A DNA stretch of 64,000 nt from Thermoplasmata archaeon (GCA_027315165.1 DAHUYN010000003.1:95846-159845), one strand, 5' to 3'. Positions 28,523 to 37,972 are shown, counted from the stretch's first letter. Notes: a model not told the origin generated them from the sequence alone. Numbers and translations: made by a program.

Positions 28523-29045
28523 CGGCGCTCAGCTGGCCGCAGTAGCCGCACCGGGGCATCGCGGCCCGCATCGCCCCCGGATTCGGCGGGCCTCGAGGTC
28601 CTCCGGGCCCGCCCCCCATCGCCCCGGGCGGCGGCGGGGGCGCCGTGGCCCGGGCCTGCGTGATCACCGAGGCCCACTGTTCGGGGCCCTCGGCGGTGAA
28701 CACGATCTGGCGCTGGAGCAGCTGCACGTGGAGGCCGGGGCCCTGCGGGGTCGAGACGACGGAGGCGCCACGACACCGCCAGAGGGGGATCCGCAGGACT
28801 CCGGGCTCGCCGGGCGGCCCCCCGACCCCCGGTCGCATACCGGGGCGCAGGCCGGGACCCGGTCCCCGGAACGGGCCCGGCCCCATCGGCCGTGGCGGCC
28901 CGCCCCAGCCCTCGGGCGTCGGCCCCTCGAAGATCAGGGCGTGGTTCGTCACGGAGAGGGTCCCGGGTCGCGGCGGCCCCTGCGGGCCGACCCAGACGAC
29001 CGCGCCGGTGCGGAGGAGCGTCTCTCCCGGCTGGAGGCTCGGCAC
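28482..29045 (-). CDS. PH/GRAM-like domain protein with Pro/Gly-rich inserts and a C-terminal zinc ribbon
   Basis: LQPGE.LL..G....GTL.VTNHALIFE; W...I..AR C-terminal helix; CGYCG..CEHCGAPF. GTG at 29045. Confidence 0.7.
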   Translation of the reverse strand: MPSLQPGETLLRTGAVVWVGPQGPPRPGTLSVTNHALIFEGPTPEGWGGPPRPMGPGPFRGPGPGLRPGMRPGVGGPPGEPGVLRIPLWRCRGASVVSTPQGPGLHVQLLQRQIVFTAEGPEQWASVITQARATAPPPPPGAMGGGPGGPRGPPNPGAMRAAMPRCGYCGQLSAVSATKCEHCGAPF

Positions 29046-29089
29046 CCGGCTCGCCCTCGGGGCGGCCGACGCCGGCGGGGATTTAGCCC

Positions 29090-29910
29090 CTACGCCCCGA
29101 GGTCGGCGGCAAGAGCCGTTCTGCCGAGGACGTCGAGGCTGTGCCGCACGGAGATCTCCTTGAGGCGCCGGGGCCGCACCGCGTCGCGGACCTCGCCGAT
29201 GTGGGCCTTGCGGAGCCGGAGCATCTGGGTCCGGCCGAACCCGCCGCCGAGGCTGAAGGGGAGCGTTCCGTAGAGGATCGCCCGGGGGTACGGAGGTCGC
29301 TGGAGCTCGAGCCGGCCCGAGATCGCGAGCGGCGTCCGGAGCGACGCGGCGTCGACGCGGATCCCTCCGCTCGTCCTCTCGTGCCGGCGGCGCGTCACCG
29401 GAGGGCACACGAGGATCTCGCCGTACAGCCCAGGGCCGCGACGCCCATCGCGGGAAGACCGACCTCCGTCGCCCGGTCGTCGACGTCGGCGGCCTGCTTC
29501 TCTAGGCGGGGCCGTCCGCGAGCGGCCAGCGGCTGCCGACGAGGAACCGCGCGAGAGGCTTCGGGAGGATCGCCGTCTCGCGCTGCTCTCGCGGGAGGTC
29601 GGTATACGCGCCTCGAGGAGCTCCTCGGTGGGGCGGAACACGACCTCCTCGAGAGGGTCGGGGTATCTGGGGTCGCTCAGCACGGGGAACGGCGACGGGA
29701 CGTGCCGCTGCGCGCCCGTGAGGACGCGCCAGGTCGCTCGAACGGTCTCCGTGAGAGGTCGTCGAGGGTCCGGTTCTCGGGGCGGACCGCCCGCTGCGTC
29801 TCGCGCGCGTCGAGGAGGCTCTCGCCGTTTCTCGGCAGGACCCGCCGACCTCCTCGTGGCGGCCGAGGCCGGGTCCCAGCAGGTCGGCGACCTTGGCGGA
29901 CGGGGCGCGC
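29090..29910 (-). pseudogene. asnA: Aspartate-ammonia ligase (asparagine synthetase A) pseudogene with multiple frameshifts and deletions
   Basis: Collinear fragments in different frames: KVADLLGPG, SLLDARETQRA, YTDLPREQRETAIL, WPLADG, AADVDD, GLYGEILV..PVTRRRHERTSGGIRVD, LPFSLGGGFG and LRKAHIGEV. 5' boundary approximate. Confidence 0.85.
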
Positions 29911-29995
29911 GCGGAGAGGCTCGGCCGAGCCGGCCGCGCCGCGATGAGCGGGCCGTCGGGCGGTCTCGACCCGAGGCGACCGACCCGGGCGACGG

Positions 29996-32953
29996 CTACC
30001 CGTCAGGGGGCGCTCCGGGATCGGCGTCCGCGGGGAGATCAGGCTCGACGAGGCGAGTCTTCCGACGACGGCGCGCCGACAGGATCCAGGCCTCGACGAG
30101 GACGACGACCGCGACGACGCCCGCGAGCTCGAGGTCGATCAGCGGGACGGGGCCGACCGAGCCTCCGGTGGCAGCGCTGGGCGGCTCGATGACGAAGAGC
30201 GTCGTGTTCGCGCTGGCGTGCTCTCCCAAGGAGTCGTTGAGCCAGGCGGTGATCTGGTAGGTGCCGGTCGCGACCGGCCGGCAGGTGACGTCGAGCGTGT
30301 GCGGCGAGACCGGGCAACCTCCGGGCAGGCCGCTCCAGCTCACGGCGAGCGGAGAGAGGCCCCCTATCGACGCCGCGGTGATCTCGACCGTTTGACCGAT
30401 CGTGACCGTCGTCACGTTCGTGGCGACCCCGACGGTCAGCGGCGCGACGATCTCGACCGAGACGGCGGCCGCCTCGAGCTCGCCGAGGCTATCGCGCTCG
30501 GTCACGCTGACGCGGTAGGACCCGGCCTGTGCGTAGGCGTGGCTCGAGTTGGCCCCGGCCGTGCTCGTCGAGCCATCGCCGAAGTTCCAGCTGTAGGCGT
30601 ACGGTCCGAGGCCGCCGGAGGAGCTGAGGGAGAAGGTGACCGCCTCGTGCGCCAGCGCGGCCGGGGCCGTCGCGTTGAGCGAGATCGAGAGGGGCGCGAC
30701 GACGGTGAACGCCCACGAGGCGGTCGTCGCGTCCCCCTCGGCGTCGGTCGCGACGACCGTGACGAGGTAGTGGCCCGCCGGGTACTCCTGGGATACGGTC
30801 GGCCCGGTGCCGGTCGCGCCCGCAAGGCCGAGGTCCCACGAGTACGAGTACGGGGGGAAGCCTCCCGTCGCTGCCGCGGAGAACTGGGCCACGAGAGGCG
30901 CGATCGAGTAGGCGGCCGGGCCGCCCTCGCTCACCGAGACCGGGGGTGCGACCACGACGGTGAACGGAGCGAGGAGGGCGCCACCAAAGGCGTCGGCGAC
31001 CGAGAGATTCCCCGAGTAGGTTCCCGGCGCGGTGTAGACGTGCCCGGTCGCGTTCCCCTGGGCCGAGACGGCGCCGTCCCCGAACGTCCAGACGTACCGG
31101 TACGGAGGCGCCCCGCCCGAGATCGAGGCAGCGAAGGCGACCGACATCGGCGCCGTGCCGTGCGTGCGGTTGAGGGAGAGGTTCCCGAGGACGATCGGGG
31201 GGGCGACGGCGATCGTCCCGTTCCCCACTGAGGTGTCCCCGAGGGAGTCGGTCGCGGTGAACTGCCAACGGAACAGCCCGGCCGTGCCGTAGGTGTGCGT
31301 CGGGTCCGCGGTCGTCGCGGTGCCGCCGTCCCCGAAGCTCCACGCCGAGCGAATCGGCGGAACCCCTCCGACGACGTGCGAGAGAAAGGCGACGGGGAGG
31401 GGCGCGTCGCCGTCGGTCGCGCTCGCCGTCGGCGATGCGGCGAGCGTCAGGTAGACCGAGACGGTCATGGCACCGGAGCCGATCGCCCCGAGGCTCGGGG
31501 TCACGCGAAGGACGACCGAGTAGCTCCCGGCGGAGACGAACGTGTGGGTCGTGTTCGGCGAGGACGAGGGGGCCGAGCCGTCCCCGAAGCTCCAGGCGTA
31601 GCCGAACGGTCCGATCCCCTGCACGGCGGAGGTGAAGTTCACGGCGAGGGGTTGGAGCCCCTGGGTCGTGTTCGCGCTGATCGAGACGCGCACCCCCGGC
31701 AGCAGGCTCCAGGTCTCGTCGGACTGGTACGTGGTGTACGGGGCCGTGTTCCCGCCGAAGAGAAGGAGGCTGCCGTTCCCCGGCTCGCTCGCGATCTCCC
31801 CGTCCCAGAGCGGCCCCGGCGAGACGGCGAGGGACGCGTTGTACCAGGCGCCCCCGCGGTAGACCCAGGTCTGGTTCGAGAACGGGCATCCCCCACCGTC
31901 CCAGCCCCCGTACAGGACGACCCCGCCGACGGCGACGTCGTCGGCCATCATCCGGGACCCGAGTCCGACCGGGGGGGCTCCGGCGAGGGAGCCGGTGAGG
32001 TTGCGATAGGTCCCGTTCGCGTAGGTCCACGTGTTGCCCGAGGTCCCGCAACTGGCGTTCGTGGTGCCGGTGGACCCGCCGTAGAGCAGCACGTAGCCGT
32101 CCGTGGCGTCGTAGGCGGCGTACGTCACGACGTGCGGGTCCGGAGGGGGGCCCTTGACCGACGCGGTCCGGTTCGTCCAGAGGCCGCCCGAGAAGCTCCA
32201 GGTGAAGTTGTAGGTCGACGGCGCGCCCGGAAGGATGCTGTAGCCGCCGTAGAGGAGGACGTAGCCGTCGCGGGCGTCGTAGGCGACCCGACCCCCGGTG
32301 AGCGGCGGGGGCGCGACCGCGAGCGTGAGCTCGTGCCAGCCGGTCGCGTTGAAAGCCCAGGTGTCGTTGAAGTCGGTGGTCGCGTTGCGTCCCCCGAACA
32401 GCAGCGCGTAGCCGTCGGCGGCGTCCCACACGAAGGCGAAGTACCAGCGGGCCGCGGGAGAGGTGGCGAGGGAGGCGGTGAGGTCGGTCCAGCTCCCGTT
32501 GGCGAAGGTCCAGGTCTCGTTCGTGGCGGCCCCGGAGGAGTCGACCCCACCGAAGAGAACGTACTCGCTCGAGAGGGGATCGTACACCATCCCGCCGGAC
32601 TGGGTCGAGGGGGGCGACGCCGTCGCGGACGGAGTCACGTTGGTCCAGATCGCGGGGAGCGGCGCCCCCGCCGCAGCGACCGGGTTCGCCGGACTCGGAG
32701 CGGGTCGCGAAGCCGCAGCGACGGCCGTCGCGGCCGCCCCCTTGGCGTGCCCCGGGAGCCCCGGGCCCGCGAGAGGCGGCGACGGCCCGACCCCCCGCGC
32801 GGCGGAGCTCACCGACGACAGGAGCGGGACCGCCAGCAGGAGGGCGAGCGCAACCGCCCCGAGGGCTCGCGCTCGAGCCGGGCCGCGCGCGAGCCCGTGC
32901 GCAGGTCGCACGTGTCTCGGTCGCCGGGGACGGGCCGCGCCGCACATCCGCAT
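29996..32953 (-). CDS. Kelch-repeat (beta-propeller) plus multiple PKD-domain cell-surface protein
   Basis: Repeated YD..DGYVLL(F/Y)GG..(ND)TW motifs; about five Y.W.FGDG-type PKD repeats; signal peptide and C-terminal TM. Confidence 0.9.
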   Translation of the reverse strand: MRMCGAARPRRPRHVRPAHGLARGPARARALGAVALALLLAVPLLSSVSSAARGVGPSPPLAGPGLPGHAKGAAATAVAAASRPAPSPANPVAAAGAPLPAIWTNVTPSATASPPSTQSGGMVYDPLSSEYVLFGGVDSSGAATNETWTFANGSWTDLTASLATSPAARWYFAFVWDAADGYALLFGGRNATTDFNDTWAFNATGWHELTLAVAPPPLTGGRVAYDARDGYVLLYGGYSILPGAPSTYNFTWSFSGGLWTNRTASVKGPPPDPHVVTYAAYDATDGYVLLYGGSTGTTNASCGTSGNTWTYANGTYRNLTGSLAGAPPVGLGSRMMADDVAVGGVVLYGGWDGGGCPFSNQTWVYRGGAWYNASLAVSPGPLWDGEIASEPGNGSLLLFGGNTAPYTTYQSDETWSLLPGVRVSISANTTQGLQPLAVNFTSAVQGIGPFGYAWSFGDGSAPSSSPNTTHTFVSAGSYSVVLRVTPSLGAIGSGAMTVSVYLTLAASPTASATDGDAPLPVAFLSHVVGGVPPIRSAWSFGDGGTATTADPTHTYGTAGLFRWQFTATDSLGDTSVGNGTIAVAPPIVLGNLSLNRTHGTAPMSVAFAASISGGAPPYRYVWTFGDGAVSAQGNATGHVYTAPGTYSGNLSVADAFGGALLAPFTVVVAPPVSVSEGGPAAYSIAPLVAQFSAAATGGFPPYSYSWDLGLAGATGTGPTVSQEYPAGHYLVTVVATDAEGDATTASWAFTVVAPLSISLNATAPAALAHEAVTFSLSSSGGLGPYAYSWNFGDGSTSTAGANSSHAYAQAGSYRVSVTERDSLGELEAAAVSVEIVAPLTVGVATNVTTVTIGQTVEITAASIGGLSPLAVSWSGLPGGCPVSPHTLDVTCRPVATGTYQITAWLNDSLGEHASANTTLFVIEPPSAATGGSVGPVPLIDLELAGVVAVVVLVEAWILSARRRRKTRLVEPDLPADADPGAPPDG

Positions 32954-32976
32954 CGCGGATAGGGGTCCGCGTGTCG

Positions 32977-32982
32977 ATATAA
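32977..32982. promoter_or_regulatory. Putative bidirectional TATA box (ATATAA) between divergent leaderless genes
   Basis: AT island lying about 24 nt from the minus-strand ATG at 32953 and about 26 nt from the plus-strand ATG at 33008. Confidence 0.55.
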
Positions 32983-33007
32983 GCCTCGGGCGCAGTCATG
33001 CGCGCAT

Positions 33008-34093
33008 ATGCGCCCCACGGGGGCCGGCCCCGCGGGATCCCTCGCCCCGCGAGGGACGCGATGTGTCGTCGGGTCCCGCCGTGCTCGACGCGCACGCCGA
33101 AGGTGGCTTCCCCAGGTCCTCCTCGCCCTCGTGGTCTCCGCGAGCCTCTTGGCGGTCGACACGGGGCCGTTCCCCGAAAGCCCGCGGGGGTTCCCCGTGC
33201 TCTCCGTCGTCGCGGGGGTCGCCGGGGCGCAGGGAGCCTCGGGGTTCCTCGTCGAGCTCTCGGCCCAGCCCGTTCCCGGCCCGAACGCCACGATGCGCTT
33301 CACGGTCCTCCCTTCCGGCGGCTATGCCCCCTACCTCGTCCGATGGAGCTTCGGGGACGGGAGCCTCCTCGTGGGCACGAGCCTCAACGAGAGCCATGCG
33401 TACGCCTCGAACGGCCTCGACACCGTCGCGGTCCGCGTCGTCGATGCTGACGGCTCCTCGGCCAACGCGTCACTCCCGGTAAAGGTCTCCGGGAGCTCCG
33501 CTGCGGCGCCGCCTCTCTGCACGGGCGCGTGGTCGGACTGCGGCCCGCTGGGGCTCCCGTGGGGGCTCCTCGGCGCCGCCCTGGGAGGCTTCGGGGTCGT
33601 CCTCGCGACGTGGTGGCTCTCGAGGGGTCCTCGCCTCTCGGGTCGCCTTCGACGTCCCTCGGGCCGCTCGAGCCTCGAGGCGGGTGGCTCGAGCTCGCCC
33701 GCGCGCCCCGAGCCGGTGCCCGAAGCCGCAGCCGCGCCGACGGGGGCACCGCCGTCGGACCCACCGACCCGGCCGGGGGTCGACCCGTCCGCCGATTCGC
33801 TCCCTGCGCGGGTCCTTCTCCACCTCTACGCCCAGGGTGTCCCGTCGCCCGATACCACGGTCGGAAACGCGTTCACGCAGGCCGGGATCTCCGAGGCGCT
33901 CGGGCGACCGCAGAGCGCCTTCGCCCGGGCCCTCCTGCGGCTCGAGGACAGCCACCTCGTTCGCTCGGAGCTCGCCCACGTGACGGGTCGCGCGCGGAGG
34001 ACCAAGGTCTACCGGTTGACCCCGACCGGCGAGTCCGCAGCCCGCCGGCTGCGCGGAGCCGGCAGGGATCCGGACACGGAGCGACGCCGATAG
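33008..34093 (+). CDS. Membrane-anchored PKD domain-TM-winged helix-turn-helix protein
   Basis: Hydrophobic N-terminus; GGYAPY...WSFGDG..SHAY PKD domain; TM; C-terminal FTQAGISEALG..QSAFARALLRLE..KVYRLTPTG wHTH. Confidence 0.8.
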   Translation: MRPTGAGPAGSLAPRGTRCVVGSRRARRARRRWLPQVLLALVVSASLLAVDTGPFPESPRGFPVLSVVAGVAGAQGASGFLVELSAQPVPGPNATMRFTVLPSGGYAPYLVRWSFGDGSLLVGTSLNESHAYASNGLDTVAVRVVDADGSSANASLPVKVSGSSAAAPPLCTGAWSDCGPLGLPWGLLGAALGGFGVVLATWWLSRGPRLSGRLRRPSGRSSLEAGGSSSPARPEPVPEAAAAPTGAPPSDPPTRPGVDPSADSLPARVLLHLYAQGVPSPDTTVGNAFTQAGISEALGRPQSAFARALLRLEDSHLVRSELAHVTGRARRTKVYRLTPTGESAARRLRGAGRDPDTERRR

Positions 34094-34171
34094 GGACGCT
34101 CGCGGAGCCGGCCCGGCTCGCCCCGGTGGGCCCCAGAAGACGCTTAATCCATCCCCGATTCGGGGTCCCCC

Positions 34172-34462
34172 ATGCCCGGAATCGCGACCCTGCGTGCGAA
34201 CTCTAGTGCCAACCTCGAAGCGACGATCACCGCCATCTCTCCGGTCCGCGACGTCACGACGTCGCGAGGGCCGTCCCAGGTCGCCGACGCGACCCTCAAG
34301 GACGAGACGGGCGAGATCACGCTCACCCTCTGGGGCGAGGACACGAAGCGGTTCACCGTCGGCCAGAAGATCAAGGTCACCGACGGCTGGGTCAAGGACT
34401 TCCGGGGCAAGCTCCAGGTCTCGATGGGCCGCTCGGGCCGGATCTCGACGGTCGAGGCGTAG
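34172..34462 (+). CDS. ssb: Single OB-fold single-stranded DNA-binding protein
   Basis: VADATLKDETGEITLTLW and GWVKDFRGKLQVS.GR.G motifs. Confidence 0.9.
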   Translation: MPGIATLRANSSANLEATITAISPVRDVTTSRGPSQVADATLKDETGEITLTLWGEDTKRFTVGQKIKVTDGWVKDFRGKLQVSMGRSGRISTVEA

Positions 34463-34569
34463 GTCGGGCCCACACGACGGGAACGGCGTGCCGTTCCCGA
34501 CGTCGAACGGGTCGCCGTCGTCCGAGGGGCTCCGAGGCCCCTCGGGCGGTGGGGCGGCCGAGCGAGGCG

Positions 34570-35229
34570 CTACGCCGTCTCCTTCGGGTCCAACGCGGGC
34601 CCACCGCCGCCGCGTCCGAGCCGTCGCACGATCTCGACGAACCCCGCCACCGGCTGGGCGCCGCTGACGGCGTACTCCTCGTCGAAGAGGAAGAACGGGA
34701 CGCCGTCGATCCCGATCTCGCGCGCCTCGGCCTCGTCCCGGTGCACCTCGTCAGCGAACTCGGTCGTGCGGAGCACCCGGTCGACGTCCGCCGGCTCGAG
34801 CTCGGCCTCGAGGGCTAGGGCGCGGAGGGTCTCGTGCGAGGCGAGGTCCGCCCCCTCGCTGTGGTAGGCGTGCATGAACCGCTCGACGACCTGCGGTCCG
34901 CGCCCGGTCATGATCCCGAGGTGGTGGAGCCGGTGCGCGTCGAACGTGTTGGCCCACTGCTGGTGCTCGAAATCGAAGCGGAGCCCGACCTGCCGCCCTA
35001 GCGTGGCGAGACGCTCCTGGGCCTTGGCGACCCGCTCCGTCGCCCCGTAGGCCTGGCGGAAGTGCTCGAGCACGGGCACCGAGGCGTGCTTCGTGGGGTC
35101 GAGCTCGAAGGAGTGCATCTCGACGGTGACCTCGACCGAGGGGCCGACGCGACGCAGCGCCTCCTCGAGGTGGTGCTTGCCCAGCCAGCACCAGGGGCAG
35201 GCGATGTCCGACCAGACCTCCACGTGCAC
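34570..35229 (-). CDS. DsbA/FrnE family oxidoreductase
   Basis: WSDIACPWCWLG, SFELDP, NTFDAHRL, GIDGVPFF and SGAQP motifs. Confidence 0.93.
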   Translation of the reverse strand: MHVEVWSDIACPWCWLGKHHLEEALRRVGPSVEVTVEMHSFELDPTKHASVPVLEHFRQAYGATERVAKAQERLATLGRQVGLRFDFEHQQWANTFDAHRLHHLGIMTGRGPQVVERFMHAYHSEGADLASHETLRALALEAELEPADVDRVLRTTEFADEVHRDEAEAREIGIDGVPFFLFDEEYAVSGAQPVAGFVEIVRRLGRGGGGPALDPKETA

Positions 35230-35251
35230 GGACGGTCCCGGGCCAAGGCGG

Positions 35252-36031
35252 TCAAAAGGGTTGTGGACCGTCGCCCGGAACGGCGGGTTGGTCCGCTCGA
35301 GGGCGCAGCGGCGCCGGAAGCTCCGGGAGGTCGAGCCGGTACGCCTCCTGGCCCTCGGGGAACTCCTGGGTCCGGACGACGATGCGTGCGAGACGGACCC
35401 GCTCGGCCTCGAGCCGCGCGGAGTCGACCTCGAGGGCGTTGCCGACGAGGTTGTTCACGATCGTCTGACGGGCGGTCGCGGTCGCGACCATGCGCGTCGC
35501 GCCGACGATCGGACTCCCGACGAGCGTGAGGGAGCCCCCGACACGGACGAGCTCGCAGGGGCCGGCATCGACACCGAGGGCGAGCCCGACGCCGGCGGGG
35601 AAGTTCCGGGAGGTCCGCCGCAGGTTCCGGAGCAGCGCGTCCGCTGCCGGGAGGACCGTCTGGCAGAACCGGGCGAGGCGGACCGCATCGATCCGGGGGG
35701 GCTCGGGCAGGAGCCAGAAGGCGACGAACCCGTCGCCCGTGAACTTGTCGAACCAGCCGTCGGAGTCCCGCACGAGGCTCCGGACCGACTCGGTGAAACC
35801 GACGACGAACCGGGCGAACGCCGAGGGGGCGAGCGCCTCCTTGAGCACGAGGGTCGACATCCGGAGATCGCCGACCACGACGAGCGCCTGCACGCTCGTT
35901 GTTCCTGTGGACCGGAGCTCCTCGAGCGCCGACCGGGAGAGCGGCGCCTCGCGGCCGACCGGCCCCTGGCCCGAGAGCGTCGCCTCGAGCTCGCTCGAGG
36001 CCTCGAGAGCGGCTTCACCCGGGTCCTCCAT
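35252..36031 (-). CDS. Class III adenylate/guanylate cyclase catalytic-domain protein
   Basis: VGDLRMST, DKFTGDG.VAFW, LGVDAG and G.PIV.ATRM. ATG at 36031. Confidence 0.8.
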   Translation of the reverse strand: MEDPGEAALEASSELEATLSGQGPVGREAPLSRSALEELRSTGTTSVQALVVVGDLRMSTLVLKEALAPSAFARFVVGFTESVRSLVRDSDGWFDKFTGDGFVAFWLLPEPPRIDAVRLARFCQTVLPAADALLRNLRRTSRNFPAGVGLALGVDAGPCELVRVGGSLTLVGSPIVGATRMVATATARQTIVNNLVGNALEVDSARLEAERVRLARIVVRTQEFPEGQEAYRLDLPELPAPLRPRADQPAVPGDGPQPF

Positions 36032-36102
36032 CCGGCGCTGCCTCCGAGGAGCGGCCCTCTCCGTAGCGTTCGCGCGAGGATGAAGCTGACCGATGGCTCG
36101 GC

Positions 36103-37098
36103 CTAGGGCGGCCCGCCCTCGTTCGAGCGAGCGCGCCGGCCCGACCGTTGCAGCACGAACAGCGCGACGAGCACGAGCCCGAGACCCGCGACCTCCCCGA
36201 GCGACAGGCCCTCGCCGAGCGCGAGGACGCCGACGGCGAGCGCGGTGATCGGGTTGAGGTAGGTGACGAGGTTGGCCGCGGTGGCCCCGTGCTCCCGGAT
36301 CAGGACGAAGTAGACCATGTAGCCCGCCAGGCCGGTGAGAAGCGCCACGTAGAGCACGGAGAGGAGCACGGGCGTCGTGAGCGGGAGCGCGGCCGATCCC
36401 CGGAGCGCCGCCCACGCGACGAAGCCGGCGGCGGAGCCGCCGGCGAGCTGGGCCGCCTGACCCCAGGGCGTCTCGCCGGAGGGTCGGTGCCGGGCGACGA
36501 GCGACGCGCCGACACCCTGGGAGACCGCGCCGCCGGCGAGCGCCACGATCCCCCAAGGGCTCGTCACGACCACCGAGCCGGGCGTGGCGAGGCCGAGCAC
36601 CCCGATCCCGGCGAGCCCGAGCGCGAACGCGCCGAGCGCCGCCGTCGTGAGGAGCTCGCGACCCCCGAGCGCCCGGGTGGCGACGAGCGAGAGGAGCGGG
36701 GCCGTCGCGAACACGATGGCGGCGACGCCCCCGGTCGTGAACTGGATCCCCCAGAACAAGAGCAGGTTGATGCCGCCGATCAGCAGGACCCCGAGCCCCG
36801 CCGAGCCGGCGAGGGTCCGCGCCCGGGGGCGCGCGGGCCCCCGAGCGGCCGCGACCGCCGACATCGCGACCGTCGCGAGGAGGAAGTCGACGCCGACGAG
36901 GAGGAACGGCGCGGCGCCGGCGACGATCGCGACCCGGGCGACCGGGAACGTGGCGCCCCAGATCAGGCCGAGCACGACGAGGAGGGCGACTCCCCGGCCC
37001 CCGAGAGGGCGCCACGGTAGCGGGGACCCGACCCTCGGGTCCGGCACGGGCCGGTCCCCCGCGAGCGCTTCCGACCGTCCCGTCCCGGCCGGGGCCAC
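36103..37098 (-). CDS. EamA/DMT family transporter
   Basis: LIWGATF, about 10 TM helices, YLNPITALAVG.LALGE. Start uncertain (possibly GTG near 37047). Confidence 0.9.
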   Translation of the reverse strand: MAPAGTGRSEALAGDRPVPDPRVGSPLPWRPLGGRGVALLVVLGLIWGATFPVARVAIVAGAAPFLLVGVDFLLATVAMSAVAAARGPARPRARTLAGSAGLGVLLIGGINLLLFWGIQFTTGGVAAIVFATAPLLSLVATRALGGRELLTTAALGAFALGLAGIGVLGLATPGSVVVTSPWGIVALAGGAVSQGVGASLVARHRPSGETPWGQAAQLAGGSAAGFVAWAALRGSAALPLTTPVLLSVLYVALLTGLAGYMVYFVLIREHGATAANLVTYLNPITALAVGVLALGEGLSLGEVAGLGLVLVALFVLQRSGRRARSNEGGPP

Positions 37099-37105
37099 GA
37101 GCGAC

Positions 37106-37972
37106 CTACTGATGCAGGTCGAACACCGGGATCGTCGCGAGGGCGGGCGTGTTCGACACCGCGGTGTCGACGAGCTCGATCGTGCAGGCGCCCGGGACCG
37201 TGAAGCACCAGGAGGGCGCGCCGTGGAAGTCGTCGGCGTCGTCGAGGTTCCATCGATACGACGGCTCGATCGGGCTCGGTGCCTCCCGGACGGAGCCGGC
37301 GGTGTGGATGTAGAGCACGAAGGAGCTGCCCGGCTGGAGCAGGGTCTCGTTCGCGCTGAGGGGCTTGAAGAAGCCGAGCCGGTTGTAGTAGACGCTGAAC
37401 GCGCCGCCGCCGAAGCTCTTCGCGTTGAAGGTCGCGCAGTAGCCCAGGGTCGGGGCGTTCGAGGGGATCGACTGCGACGAGCCGGGGAACCACGACATCG
37501 CGGCGAGCGACCCCTGCGTGAGGAACGTCGTCACCGGAGCCGGGGTGTTGTTGTGACAGATGAAGTTGAACTGGATGTCGGCGAGGGGGACGTTCCCCGT
37601 CACCTGCGTGAAGACGATCTCGGTCGCGTTCATCTGGTTGTACGTGCCGTTGGTGCCGTACTCGCAATCGTTCCACCAGGCGTTCATGTACGTCCGGTAG
37701 AGGGTGTCGGGGTGGCCGGTCTTGAGGTAGTTGCTGAGGTAGTAGGTCCAGTTGTTGGCGAGGTTGGGCCAGCAGTCGGTGGGGTCGCCCCACGCGGGGT
37801 AGGTCGCGCCGGCGATCGCGGTGTACTTGATGGTCGGCTGCACCGTCGGTGTCGGGATCACGAAGTACCAGACGATCACGCCCGCGGTGATCGTCATCGC
37901 GGTGAGGAGGATCACGGCGATGATGTCGGAGACGCCGGAGCGGCTCCGACGGCGCCAGCGCGACGTGGGCAC
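37106..37972 (-). CDS. Archaeal type IV pilin-like protein (class III signal peptide)
   Basis: Basic leader RRRSRSG|VSDIIAVILLTAMTITAGVIVWYF; Cys-containing secreted domain. Confidence 0.8.
   Translation of the reverse strand: MPTSRWRRRSRSGVSDIIAVILLTAMTITAGVIVWYFVIPTPTVQPTIKYTAIAGATYPAWGDPTDCWPNLANNWTYYLSNYLKTGHPDTLYRTYMNAWWNDCEYGTNGTYNQMNATEIVFTQVTGNVPLADIQFNFICHNNTPAPVTTFLTQGSLAAMSWFPGSSQSIPSNAPTLGYCATFNAKSFGGGAFSVYYNRLGFFKPLSANETLLQPGSSFVLYIHTAGSVREAPSPIEPSYRWNLDDADDFHGAPSWCFTVPGACTIELVDTAVSNTPALATIPVFDLHQ

Noticed and set aside
29996..32953. Recurrent DNA similarity within the Kelch/PKD and thermopsin genes as a possible CRISPR or repeat array
   Set aside because: The repeats are degenerate protein-coding domains. 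I saw no identical 25-40 nt repeats with unique spacers and no cas genes in the window.
35252..36031. Pycsar or CBASS-type defence system around the cyclase
   Set aside because: There is no adjacent TIR or cNMP-binding TM effector; the neighbours are EamA and DsbA.
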